From assembly GCF_006345805.1 (NCBI RefSeq), contig NC_043020.1, positions 10,044,001 to 10,108,000 of the forward strand: a stretch of DNA of 64,000 nucleotides, given 5' to 3'. The notes under the pieces are model-generated. The model was not told the origin of the DNA and searched no databases. It saw only the letters and a list, made by a program, of their open reading frames with translations. This document shows, in pieces, positions 11,561 through 24,514 of this stretch; position 1 is the stretch's first letter; each line of letters starts with the position of its first letter. Both the position numbers and the translations under genes were made by a program. This DNA is from Octopus sinensis. Lineage: Eukaryota.

Positions 11561-13101
11561 AGGCATGAATCAATGACTTATATATTAATTAAACAAATTA
11601 TACAAACTCACAACATCGAATATAGTGAAAGAAGTCGGCCTAACACATACACATAAACACACACACACACCACATATATATATATATATAATATATATAT
11701 ATATAGATATATATATATATATTATATATATATATAATAATACTTCCCTATGTAGATCTCTCTCTCTCTCTTTCTTTTTCTCTCTTTCCAGCGTGGATTA
11801 ATGGATTAGTCTTGGCCTTGGCACCTAAACGGTCTTTTATTGATTCAGATGAATTTTGTGTATTTCCAGGAAATATTGCGCCGCCGCCGCCTCCCGCCGA
11901 TGATTTCACCAGATCAGCCTTGTTGATATTATTCTTGTTGTTGTTATTCTGCTCGGAAAAGTGAGAAGTAATCGGAGAGTAATGTGCTTTTTCTCGTGAA
12001 TTTATTTGAAATATAATACACGAAGTAGTAAAGTATATATATAAATATATATATATATCCATGTGTATAGATATATATATACGTGTGTTTATATATGATT
12101 ATGGTGTTGTATACTCATACGAGGATTGCTAAGCGTTGTCACACACGTATACAACACACACCCTCTTGAGAAGATAAACAAGAACTCTGAAAATATTGAA
12201 GACACCATCTCACACACACGCATAAGGAATAAGGAAAGAAAAACCAGGCATTTTGTGCACGGCCTTCATCACTGTCGTCAATAAAGAGACACATAGAATT
12301 CCGACCCTCGCCACCAGAACATCATCATCACCATCATCATAATAATCGTCCTCGGTATATAATACTGCAGTAGCAGTTACATCTCTGATACCATCACCAC
12401 CACCACTTATAATAATAATAATAATAACAACAACAACAGCCTGAAGACGAAGCTGTAGCAGAACAAGAATGAGAGCTCGTTGTATCGCAACCTCTGTGAT
12501 CGCATCGGCATCATTATCGTCGTCGTCGTCGTCTTCATCGCCAGCATTGTGACCCGAAGAGACGAACTTGCAACCATCAATAGTAACACCACCACCAGCA
12601 GCACCACCACCACTACCAGTATCAGCAGCATCATCATCATCATCGCCGTAAACTGACCGTAGCTGTGACAATCGTTAGCACCATCATCATCATCATCTTC
12701 GTTACCAAAAAATAGTCAGCCAAAAGACCATACAACACCGCAATTTTCCATCACTAGCATCATTGTCGTCGCTAGCATCTCTAGTAAAGAAAAAAATTTT
12801 TTAAATAGCTACATCACCACCGCCAACAAGTGTCACCACCACCGCCACCACCATCATCACTATCATCAGTGTCTTCAGTTAAGAGAGAGAGAGCAACCAC
12901 TGCGCCGCAGCCGCTCACACCGCGACCACCACCAGCAACAGCAACAACATAAAGAATCCCCCATCACAATTATCAGCGCTGTCATCAAAGATAACGACCA
13001 CACCACAACAACAACAACAACTAAATCGTCTCCAGTTCTAAAACTGCAGCAACAGCAACAGCAGTAATAATACTACTACTACTACTATTGAAATAGTGAA
13101 G

Positions 13102-13213
13102 ATGTCCAGTCACGCAACTACCACAACTGGTAAAAAATCGACCACGGTTTCGATTCCTCATCCCGACCGCAACCAGTATTACCAAAATGCTATCGTACAG
13201 CCGTTACTCACAG
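13102..13213 (+). CDS. NAPRT: NAPRT coding exon 1 (MSSHATTTTGKK...NAIVQPLLT-D)
   Basis: ATG at 13102 with A at -3 and an in-frame upstream TAA at 13039. Ends ACAG|GTAAGT (phase 1). Joining to 41377 rebuilds the conserved PLLTDLYQ motif. Confidence 0.9.
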
Positions 13214-14163
13214 GTAAGTTGGTCCCTTTTTTACACTCTTCTCCTCCGTCCCCTTGTCGGATCCAAACTTGGGGGGTAAATTTCCTATTTGATGTTCGTA
13301 GAATCCATAGTGATTCCAAAAAAAGTTTAGACGATCGTTCGAGTCAAAACGAAAGATGTTTTTTCTGTTCTAGGCAAAAGGCCCGAAATTTTGGGAAAGG
13401 GTGGGGGTGGGGGGGCCCTGTCGATTAGATCGACCCCAGTACGCAACTGGTACTTAATTTATGGACCCCGAAAGGATGAAAGGCAAAGTTGAACCCCGAC
13501 GGAATTTGAACCCAGAACGTAAAGACAGACGAAATGCCGCCAAGCATTTCGCCCGGCGTGCTAACGTTTCGTATTTCTTTATTGCCCACAAGGGGCTAAA
13601 CATAGAGGGAACAAACAAGGACAGACAAAGGGATTAAGTCGATTACATCGACCCCAGTGCGTAACTGGTACTTAATTTATCAACCCTGAAAGGCAAAGTC
13701 GACCTCGGCGGAATTTGAACTCAGAACGTAACAGCAGGCGAAATACCTATTTCTTTATTGCCCACAAGGGGCTAAACAAGGACAGACATAGGTATTAAGT
13801 CGATTACATCGACCCCAGTGCGTAACTGGTACTTATTTAATCGACCCCGAAAGGATGAAAGGCAAAGTCGACCTCGGCGGAATTTGAACTCAGAACGCAA
13901 CGGCAGACGAAATACCGCTAAGCATTTCGCCCGGCGCGCTAACGTTTCTGCCAGCTCGCCGCTTTAGTCAAAACGAAAAATTGCCAAAGTTTATTTCAAT
14001 AAAACATTAAACATTTCATAATTGTAAGCGGTACACACTGCGAAAGCGAGTAAAAAGTTAGGAAAAGTGGGTAAAATGGTAGACTTATTTCGAAACTAGA
14101 AAGAGTTTTTCGCCCTGGGCACATGTGAGAATTCTTGGGCACACCAGGCAACACAAGTTGCAG

Positions 14164-14593
14164 GGCGATCTTTCGTCTCTAGTAGACCTTTCCGTCGATT
14201 TCCGTAAAAAAAATTTTTTTTACATATGGGCTTGCGGGAACTTTTGAAGTAACGAGAGCGAAAGAGACTAAGAGAAAGCGATTGTATGACGAGGGAAGTT
14301 CTTTTGAAGTTACCGTGCATGGACTCTCTCTGTCTCTTCACACACACTAACAGAAGCACTTCACTTACACAACATACTTTCTGTCTGCCACACCCCATCA
14401 AACACACACACACATGTACATCAATGCTCCCATGCACGGTAACTTCAAAAGAACTTCCCTCGTCATACAATCGCTTTCTCTTAGTCTCTTTCGCTCTCAT
14501 TACTTCAAAAGTTCCCGCAAGCCCATATGTAAAAAAAAAAAAATTTTTTTTACGGAAATCGACGGAAAGGTCTACTAGAGACGAAAGATTGCC
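14164..14593. mobile_element. Foldback MITE with ~160-bp TIRs (GGCRATCTTTCG termini; Merlin- or MULE-like)
   Basis: 14164-14322 is the reverse complement of 14430-14593, with a 107-bp spacer. Confidence 0.8.
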
Positions 14594-16515
14594 AACATTT
14601 CATAATTGTAAGCGGTACACACTGCGAAAGCGAGTAAAAAGTTAGGGGCGAAAAGTGGGTAAAATGGTAGACTTATTTCGAAACTAGAAAGAGTTTCGCC
14701 CTGGGCACATATGTGAAAATTCGTGGGCACACCAGGCAATACAAGTTGCAGAATATGACAAAGATCGAGCTAGTGTTGTAATTGTATACCTTTCATTGAT
14801 TATACGCTGGTCTGTAAGCATTTCGTCAAAACGAGGAGCATCATGGCGTCCACGAGACATGCTAATCAAGTTGAAATGAAATTGAAACTAAAACGGTTTC
14901 GATTTTCCCAACGACAAAATAGGAAATTACCCAAACTGGATTGAGCAGTTTTGATAAGCTTCCATTCAAAGCCCGATTCATCAATCAGTCCAAGGACCAT
15001 CGTATCCTTTGCTTGTTTCATTCAGTTGGACTGTGCCTCCATGTTGGGGGCACCGCCTCGAAAGGACTTTGCCGAGCAAATCGGACTCTAGCGAGTAGAT
15101 TTGCTAGACGGAAACTGAAAGAAGCCCGCCGTGCGCGCACGTGTCTGTTTGAGTTTGTCCCCCACCCCACCCCACCACCGCTTGATAACCGGTATTGGTT
15201 TGTTTACGTCCCTGTAAATCAGCACGCTTCGGCAAAAGCGGCTGCGGCGAGCTGGCAGAATCGTTAGCACGCCGGGCGAGATGCGTAGCCGTATTTCGTC
15301 TGTCGTTACGTTCCGATTTCAAATTCCGCCGAGGTTGACTTTGCCTTTCATCCTTTCGGGGTCGATAAACTAAGTACCAGTTACGCACTGGGGTCGGTGT
15401 AATCGACTTAATCCCTTTGTCTGTCCTTGTTTGTCCCCCTCTATGGTTTAGCCCCTTGTGGGTAGTAAAGAAATATATATATATATCAGGCTTTAAGAAT
15501 AAGTACTGAGGTCAATTGGTGTGTCCCAGCATGACTGCAGTCTATTGAATGAAACGGTAAAAGGTAAAAGATTCTATCGGTCTTTTACCGAACTGCTAAG
15601 TTACGGGAATGTAAACAAACCAACACCGGTCGTCAAGTGGTGATGATGCTGAGGACAAACATATCACAGAATCATACACACGGATACTCTTGACGGGTTT
15701 CTTTCAGTTTCCGTCTATCAAATAAATTCACAAGACAGACGGATTAAGTCGATTATATCAACCCAGTGCGTAACTGGTACTTAATTTATCGATCTTAGGC
15801 AAAGTCGACCTCGGCGGAATTTGAACTCAGAACGTAGCCGCAGACGAAATACGGCTAAGCGTTTCGCCCGGCGTGCTAACGATTCTGCCAGCTCGCCTCC
15901 TTAGTTTTGTGTATATTGTCGCTTTTGTATATGTAGATACACGTTTTTTTTTTGTCGTTTTCCTAGTATATATGTGATATCTATTTCATTACCACTTGTT
16001 TTTTTTTTATCTTGTTGTCGATGTACCTGTTTTGGGTCTTTTTCCCCGCACGTTATGGCTTCTTCGATGGTTTACCACACACATTCTATGTAACAAGGGT
16101 TGCGTTACCCACCTAGGGCAAAGCTTCTAGGTTTAAAATACGAAGAAGGGCCCATCATTTCCTTGTCTGGTATTAAAAAAAAACAAAATCTTTGCAAACG
16201 TAATTAACTAAATTTATTAATTATTTAATTTTAATTTAGTATATTTGAAAGTGAAACAGGAAGACAACGCTTTCTTTACTGAATATACTATTTTTACTAT
16301 TTTACTTGTTTCTGTCATTTGACTGCGGCCATGCTGGAGCACCGCCTTTAGTCGAGCAAATCGACCCCGGGACTTATTCTTTGTAAGCCCAGTACTTATT
16401 CTATCGGCCTCTTTTGCCGAACCGCTAAGTGACGGGGACGTAAACACACCAGCATCGGTTGTCAAGCAATGCTAGGGGGGACAAACACAGGCACACACTC
16501 TCAAACATATATATA

Positions 16516-16549
<34 letters not shown>

Positions 16550-18842
16550 CCGACAGGCTTCTTTCAGTTTCGTCTACCAAATCCACTCACAAGGCTTTGG
16601 TCAGCCTGGGGCTATAGCAGAAGACACTTGTCCAAGATGTCACGCAGTGGGACCGAACCCGGAACCATGTGGTTGGTTAGCAAGCTACTTACCACACAGC
16701 CATATTACTTCCTTTTTTTTTTTTTTTTTTTTTTTTTGCTAAAAAGATGTTTTAAAAGGAATTTCTGAAAAAAAAAAAAAACAAATAAAACTTCAGTCGA
16801 GTTTTTGTCCTCCTCTCAACTTTGAGGTGGGTAGTTTGTCTGAAGAGAAATTTGACCCGTAAGAGTTTTTTTTCAAGGTCCCCTGTTTATGGCTTCGAGA
16901 CAGACGACGTAATAAGTTCGTCTACCCCCCTCTCTCTTACACGACGTAAGACTTGTCTAATGTCTGTCTGCGTGACTCTCTCGTGTCAACGGCCTTCCTC
17001 TACTACACAGTTTCACTTTAAGCGACCCGAAATAGAGAGAAAAAGAAAGTTACAACACTTATTAAAAAGCAAACGTAAGATCTCTAAGAATAAAAAACCG
17101 CCCACATAGAAAAAGTGGGGCAAAGTTGTTCGAAGCTGTACGTTAACAACACCCTCCTCTACAAAACGGAAAGGTTTACATATATATATATATATACTGG
17201 AATCACCATATATCTAAATATATTTATATAAAGTTTGGCGTTTTGCTGTTTATAAAATAAGATATACTATAATATAGTAATTACATAATTTTGAAAAGTA
17301 ATTATGGCTTCCTTCTTAAAATATAATTTACACTACACACGTGGGATCTTTACGGTTTGAACGGCAGTTTTTTCTAGCGGTGTCATATGAAATTGTCACC
17401 CATAATTATGACCCTAGTATCGATCTATTGCATTTCAATCTGTTTTAGGGGTGGGGGGGAAGGGTATCTTTTTTTTTTTTGGATCTTTTCGGTTTGACCG
17501 GCAGTTTTTAAAAATAATTTCTAGGTAACTAAACACTTTTATTGAGGTGAAAACATCTTTGCCGTATGAAAATGTCCTTCGTTAAGAAACAGATTGGGTT
17601 TATTTACAATTCTGAAGAAAAAAGGGATCTTTACGGTTTGAACGGCAGTTTTTTCTAGCGGTGTCATATGAAATTGTCACCCATAATTATGACCCTAGTA
17701 TCGATCTATTGCATTTCAATCTGTTTTAGGGGTGGGGGGAAGGGTATCTTTTTTTTTTTGGATCTTTTCGGTTTGACCGGCAGTTTTTAAAAATAATTTC
17801 TAGGTAACTAAACACTTTTATTGAGGTGAAAACATTCTTTGCCGTATGAAAATGTCCTTCGTTTAAGAAACAGATTGGGTTTATTTACAATTCTGAAGAA
17901 AAAAAAGGGATCTTTTCGGTTTGAACGGCAGTTTTTTCTAGCGGTGTCATATGAAATTGTCACCCATAATTATGACCCTAGTATCGATCTATTGCATTTC
18001 AATCTGTTTTAGGGTTAGGGGTGGGGGGAAGGGTATCTTTTTATTCTTCACAAACGTAAATAAACCTAATCTGTTTCTTAAACGAGGGACATATTCATAC
18101 GGCACAGAATGTTTTTTTTAACCCCAATAGACGTCATTGATTGGTTGAAATTGCAGAAATTGAAGAAGAAAAAAAACAACAACATATATCTTACAAACAC
18201 ACCAGCATCAGTTGTCAAGCAATGCTAGGGGGACAAACACAGACACACAAACATACACATATATATACATATACATACATATATATACATATACATACAT
18301 ACATATATAAATACATCTATACGACGGGCTTCTTTCAGTTTCTGTCTACCAAATCCACTCACAAGGCTTTGGTCGGCCCGAGGCTATAGTAGAAGACACT
18401 TGCCCAAGGTGCCACGCAGTGGGACTGAACCCGGAACCATGTGGTTGTAAACAACTACTTACCACACGCCACTCCTGGCGCTTAGGAATAGAAAAAGTCT
18501 TACATTTCGAGCCTACGCTCTTCGACAGAAGATCCACACAAAAAAACAAGGAGAGAAAAAATTGCATATAGGAGTCTAACGATCTATCATGGCGGCTACA
18601 CAACTGAGAATGCCCTCTTCTTGCTGCTAATTGTAGCAGATATGAAGGACTGAGTTTTGCAGATAGCAAGAAAGTTCTTAGAGCAGTCTATCCAATCTCT
18701 GCAATGCACTTCTTGCTCAAAGCCTCTGTTATTTTAGCTGCTTCTACAGAGATACCTTTTACCAAATTCCTCTATTTCCTTGCTTCCTGCAAACAAAGTT
18801 CAGCAAAGTCTGGTTGCATGGCATGTGGTTTAGTGGTTAGGG

Positions 18843-19061
18843 CAGTGGTTTTCAACCAGGGTTCCACGGAACCTTAGGGTTCCGCCAGTACAGTCCAGCG
18901 GTTCCGCAAGAAGTTACAAAACTGCTAAAATTGGCAGTAATTATTAATTCTCCTGTGCAGATATGTGTGCATAAGACTATTAAATTATTGCACAGGGGTT
19001 CCTCGAGCCAGTGGAATGTTTCCTTGGGGTTCCGCTCCTGCAAAAAGTTTGAAAAGTACTG
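18843..19061. mobile_element. hAT MITE
   Basis: CAGTGGTTTTCAA...TTGAAAAGTACTG termini and a perfect 8-bp TSD GGTTAGGG at 18835-18842 and 19062-19069. Confidence 0.9.
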
Positions 19062-20324
19062 GGTTAGGGCATAGGACTCTTGATCATAAGATAGTGGTTT
19101 TCGATTCCTGGACTGGGCGATGCTTTGTGTTCTTGAGTAAAACACTTCATTTCACATTGCTTGAGTTTACTCAGCTGGCAAAAATGAGTAACCCTGCAAC
19201 AGACCAGCATCCTGTCCAGGTGTGGAATATACATGCCATGAAACTGGGAAACTGACCCTTGTGGGTTAGCACGACTCATGAAGGTAACTAAGAAATGACC
19301 GTAGACATCCACTTGACATTACAAAACATGTACTTGCTACTGTCTGTCCAAGATTGAAATGTGGTTTTGTTGCTATATTGCACTTACTGCCCTGTCCCTT
19401 CAAATGGCTTTCAATCCCTTTTATTCCATGGGCCTTTTGTTGTTGTTGTTTAGTATTGTCAGGCAGGTTGGTCACACAACCATGACTTCTGTTTTCAGGC
19501 CTGTCAACCTATCATCATCATCGTTTAACGTCCGTTCTCCATGCTAGCATGGGTTGGACGGTTCGACCGGGGATCTGGGAAGCCAGAAGGCTGCACCAGG
19601 CTCCAATCTTGATCTGGCAGTGTTTCTACAGCTGGATGCCCTTCCTAACGCCAACCACTCCGTGAGTGTAGTGGGTGCTTTTTACGTGTCACAGGCACAG
19701 GTGCCAGGCGAGGCTGGCAAACGGCCATGATCGGATTGGTGCTTTTTACGTGCCACCGGCACGGAAGCCAGTCAAGGCGGTGCTGGCATCGGCCACGTTT
19801 GGATGGTGCTTTTTATGTGTCACCAGCACGGAAGCCAGTCAAGGCGGCGTTGGCATCGGCCACGTTCGGATGGTGCTTTTTACGTGCCACCGGCACAGGG
19901 ATCATAACTGCAGTTTCCATTGATTTTTGATGTTGGTGTACTTGACTCAATGGATCTCCTCAAGCACAGGGTCGAAACGGTGTTTCTTTACTTGCCACCT
20001 GCACAGGAGTCAGATTTTGAAAATCTTTTCTAGTTTTAATCTTGATCAAAGGGGTATTTTTTTTTTGTCCAAATTAATTGCTAGCCAAGGTAGACAAAAC
20101 AACAGCATATCATCTCTTGTTTCTTCTGTTATTTAGGGCAGAACCCTTCTCTGAGACATTGTTGGCGATTCAGAGAAGATTGTGCTTTTCAGCATCTGTT
20201 TTATCATCCATCTTTTCTGTCTGTCCGTCTGTCTATCTTAACTTTCCGCATTTTTTATCTATCCTTCTGTATATATTTCTTGCATTACTCAAACTATCTT
20301 TCTATCTCTCTTATCTTATCTTAT

Positions 20325-20745
20325 CTTAGTTAAGTTAAGTTAATTTTTTGGCTCAAAAAGCAAAAAGCAAGGCCATGTAGGGGGACATGGAGTTATGTAC
20401 AGGGAGGTGTTCATGCAAAGAGTTCAGGCCATTTCTGGTCAAGAGAGTCTTTGAACTGAGCAGTCGTCGGCATCTTCACTATCTCGTCTGGCAACTTATT
20501 CCACGGATCCGCAACCCGGACGGAGAAAGCCCCTCTCCTTCGATTAAGATGAAATCGTCGCAGATAGAGCTTTTCGGAGTGACCCCGCAGCCGACGATCT
20601 GGAGCAGGAGTGAAGAACAGCTCTTTCGAGAGGTTACTATTTCCGCTTATGATGTTGTGAGTAAGAATGAGATCACTACGGCGTCGTCGTTTTCTATCTT
20701 GACTTATCTATCTGGTCTTAGCTGCCCGGATATGTACACCTGAGC
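20325..20745 (-). mobile_element. CR1-clade LINE 3' fragment
   Basis: Same sequence family as 24515-25108, with a (TAAC)n-type tail. Confidence 0.8.
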
Positions 20746-21669
20746 CAGAGAGATACTTCAAATGATTGTTTACCTATATTATCCTTACATGTATAATGCT
20801 CGTTATGTAATTATAATTCAGTGCATAACCAACCTCCTCCACCACCATTACCACCCTCTTGTACATCTGGTTTAGTTCACTTGTACTACAAACCAAGCCA
20901 AATGCTTTGAATTAATAAATATCTTCCGCTTCAATGGTTCTAATGGAAAGAAAAGTTACGTAACATAAATGTGTTAATGTGCAAATCATTGAGTGTTGGT
21001 TACTGAGTAGGGTGTGTGTGTTGTTGCAATCAGTTATGCTACCTAATCAGCTGTTCTTGAACAAACCTATGATGAAAGCAGTAAAGCTATAACTATGGTT
21101 ATCCAGTCTTGCTTCATCATCATCATCATTTAACATCCGCTTTCCATGCTAGCATGGGTTGGACGGTTCAACTGGGGTCTGGGGAGCCCGAAGGCTGCAC
21201 CAGGCCAGTCAGATCTGGCAGTGTTTCTACAGCTGGATGCCCTTCCTAACGCCAACCACTCCGAGAGTGTAGTGGGTGATTTTATGTGCCACCGACACAG
21301 GTGCCAGACGAGGCTGGCAGACGGCCACGCTCGGATGGTGTTTTTATGTGCCACCGACACAGGTGCCAGACGAGGCTGGCAGACGGCCACGCTCGGATGG
21401 TGTTTTTATGTGCCACTGACACAGGTGCCAGACGAGGCTGGCAGACGGCCACGCTCGGATGGTGTTTTTATGTGCCACTGACACAGGTGCCAGACGAGGC
21501 TGGCAGACGGCCACGCTCGGATGGTGTTTTTATGTGCCACTGACACAGGTGCCAGACGAGGCTGGCAGACGGCCACGCTCAGATGGTGTTTTTATGTGCC
21601 ACCGACAGTATTAAAAACTAGAGCATTACTCACCATATGATGAGTAACTTAGGAAGTATATTTTTGTAA

Positions 21670-22392
21670 AAAGCACTTGTGCCGATGTCACATAGAAAGC
21701 ACTTGTGCTGGTGTCAGGTAAAAAGCAGTTGTGCCAGTTCCACGTAAAAAGCATACCTGTGGCCAATTCCACATAAAAAGCACACCTGTGGCCAATTCCA
21801 CATAAAAAGCACACCTGTGGCCAATTCCACATAAAAAGCACACCTGTGGCCAGTTCCATGTAAAAAGCACACCTGTGGCCAGTTCCATGTAAAAAGCACA
21901 CCTGTGGCCAGTTCCACGTAAAAAGCACACCTGCGGCCAGTGCCACATAAAAAGCACACCTGTGGCCAGTGCCACGTAAAAAGCACACCTGTGACCACTT
22001 CCATGGAAAAAGCATACCTGTGGCCAGTTTCACGTAAAAAGCACACCTGTGGCCAGTTCCACGTAAAAAGCACACCTGTGGCCAGTTCCACGTAAAAAGC
22101 ACACCTGTGGCCAGTTCCACGTAAAAAGCACACCTGTGGCCAGTTCCACGTAAAAAGCACACCTGTGGCCAGTGCCACATAAAAAGCACACCTGTGGCCA
22201 GTGCCACATAAAAAGCACACCTGTGGCCAGTGCCACATAAAAAGCACACCTGTGGCAGTGCCACGTAAAAAGCACACCTGTGACCACTTCCATGTAAAAA
22301 GTACACCTGTGGCCAGTTTCACATAAAAAGCACACCTGTGACCACTTCCATGTAAAAAGCACACCTGTGACTACTTCCACGTAAAAAGCACA
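21670..22392. repeat. 29-bp minisatellite (CACGTAAAAAGCACACCTGTGGCCAGTTC), ~25 copies
   Basis: Period of 29 read directly, e.g. 22081 to 22110. No spacers. Confidence 0.92.
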
Positions 22393-23272
22393 CATGCACA
22401 CTCGCTCACTCACACACACTCGCTCACTCACGCACTCAAACACACACTCGCTCACACGCACATGTGCTCACTCACACACATTCGCTCACTCATGCACACA
22501 TGCTCACTCACGCACACACAAACACATGCTCACACACATATATGGACACTTGCATGCTCAGATACGTGTATGCTCACATACATGTGCAATCACACATGCA
22601 TGCCTGCACACACACATTACAATATATTAATTGTGCACGATTGATATCTATTTCTTTACTACCCACAAGGGGCTAAACACAGAGGGGACAAACAAGGACA
22701 GACAAATGGATTAAGTTGATTACGACCCCAGTGCATAACTGGTACTTAATTTATTGACCCCGAACCTACTTAGTTTTCAGCGGTGGTGCTTCAGCATGGC
22801 CGCAGCCTTCGGGCTAAAATATTTTAAAGGATTTTAAGGATTTATATAGGCGCGGGCAGGGCTGTGTGGTTAGGGAGCTTGCTTCCTGGCTACATGGTTT
22901 CAGGTTCAATCCCACTGTGTGGCACTTTGGACAGGTGTCTTCCACTATAGCCCCGAGCCGACCGAAGCTTTGTGATTGAATTCGGTTGGCGGAAGTTACT
23001 GCCATGTGTGCACATGTGCGTGTAGGTGCTTGTGCCTCTCCGAAAGAGAGAGAGAGAGAGGGATATAATTACTAAATTGAAGGAAAAAAGAAAGCAATTA
23101 ATTAATTGGATTTTTTCCCCTCATTACATTATGTATTAAGGCATTTCTGGGTATTTGTTGTCAGTCATATCAAATTGAAATGTTTGCAGTAGATTTAGAT
23201 TCCAGACTTTTGCTCTTGTCATAAAGGTTACTAGCATTTCCATTCAACCTGTTTCTCTTTGAAGAATAAATA

Positions 23273-23730
23273 TTAGGTTGTCAAGAAAGTTCTTGCGGTT
23301 TTTAACCTTTAAATTCAGATGCACATATCTCGGCTCAAACAAAACTTTATTAATCGAAATAAACACCATCAGAATCAACACACTTTTGCCAACGCGAAAC
23401 AAGTTTATTTATGCCAGTAGCGTAAAACTCCTGTGTTCTGGTGGTGATGAAGTCGTTGAAGGCATGTTTGGCATCGTCTTGGTTTTTGAAGTAATTCTCA
23501 GGCAGGAAGTTGTCGAGATGCTTGAAAAAGTGGTAGTCGGTGGGCAAGAGTATGGTGAGTATGGCAGATGAGGCAGAGTTTTGTAGCCCAATTCGTTCAA
23601 CTTCTGCAGGGCCAGTTGTGCAACATGTGGCCGAGCATTGTTGTGGAGAAAACTTGGTTCTTTTCTATTGACCAATGCTGGCTGTTGTTGGAGTTTCTTA
23701 TGCATTTCATCCATTTGCTGACAGTGATTA
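23273..23730 (-). mobile_element. Mariner transposon 3' relic (frameshifted transposase pseudogene)
   Basis: Translations HNNARPH...LPHLPYSP / PTDYHFFKHLDNFL...GINKLVSRWQKCVDSDGVYFD. TIR TTAGGTTGTCAAGAAAGTTCTTGCGGTTTT follows a TA at 23271-23272. Confidence 0.9.
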
Positions 23731-24514
23731 AACAACTTCTTGTTGGAACATACAGGATAATCTTGAACTTTGCAGAGAGGGACAATGTGTCTATAAACAA
23801 AAGTTCTGTTGATTCCACCACTGTTTGACCAAGTGTTGGATGTGCCATTCTTAGATCTGGTTAATCCTGACTTAGCTGATCAGGTGAGAGCGAGAAGAAA
23901 GCCTATACAAGAACCGGCTGGATGGTAAACCTGGGACAGGGAAACGGAACATACTCACATGCACCCCACCACACAAACACACACAAATACAGTATTTCAT
24001 TATTTGTACAGCGAACAACTACATTCATCATCATCATCATCATCATTTAACGTCCGTTCTCCTTGCTAGCATGGGTTGGATGGTTCAACTGGGGTCTGGG
24101 AAGCCAGAAGGCTGTACTAGGCTCCAGTCTGATCTAGCAGTGTTTCTACAGCTGGATGCCCTTCCTAACGCCAACCACTCCGTGAGTGTAGTGGGTGCTT
24201 TTTACGTGCCACCGGCACAGGTGCCAGGCAAGGCTGGCAACGGCCACGATCGGATTGGTGCATTTTACATGCCACCGACACGGAAACCAGTCAAGACGGC
24301 GCTGGCATTGGCCACGATTCGGATGGTGCTTTCTACGTGCCACCGGCACGTACATTATGATGTGGTATGTGGTAGAGAGGACACAGCAGTTCTGCCATTA
24401 ATGAGCTGAAGGCAGGGTATAATGGAAACATCTGGGACAGGGAAACAAAACATACTCAGATGTACCCCATCACACAAACACACGCAAATGCAGTATTTCA
24501 ATATTTGTACAGTA

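Noticed and set aside
10926-11573. 215-, 173- and 161-aa ORFs, and similar ones at 3994-4578, 25528-26102 and 60446-61039
   Set aside because: Translations of (TA)n/(CA)n/(GA)n microsatellites.
21626-22461. CRISPR-like array or long repetitive ORFs (226, 216 and 143 aa)
   Set aside because: Contiguous 29-bp units with no unique spacers, in a eukaryotic intron. The ORFs are repeat translations.
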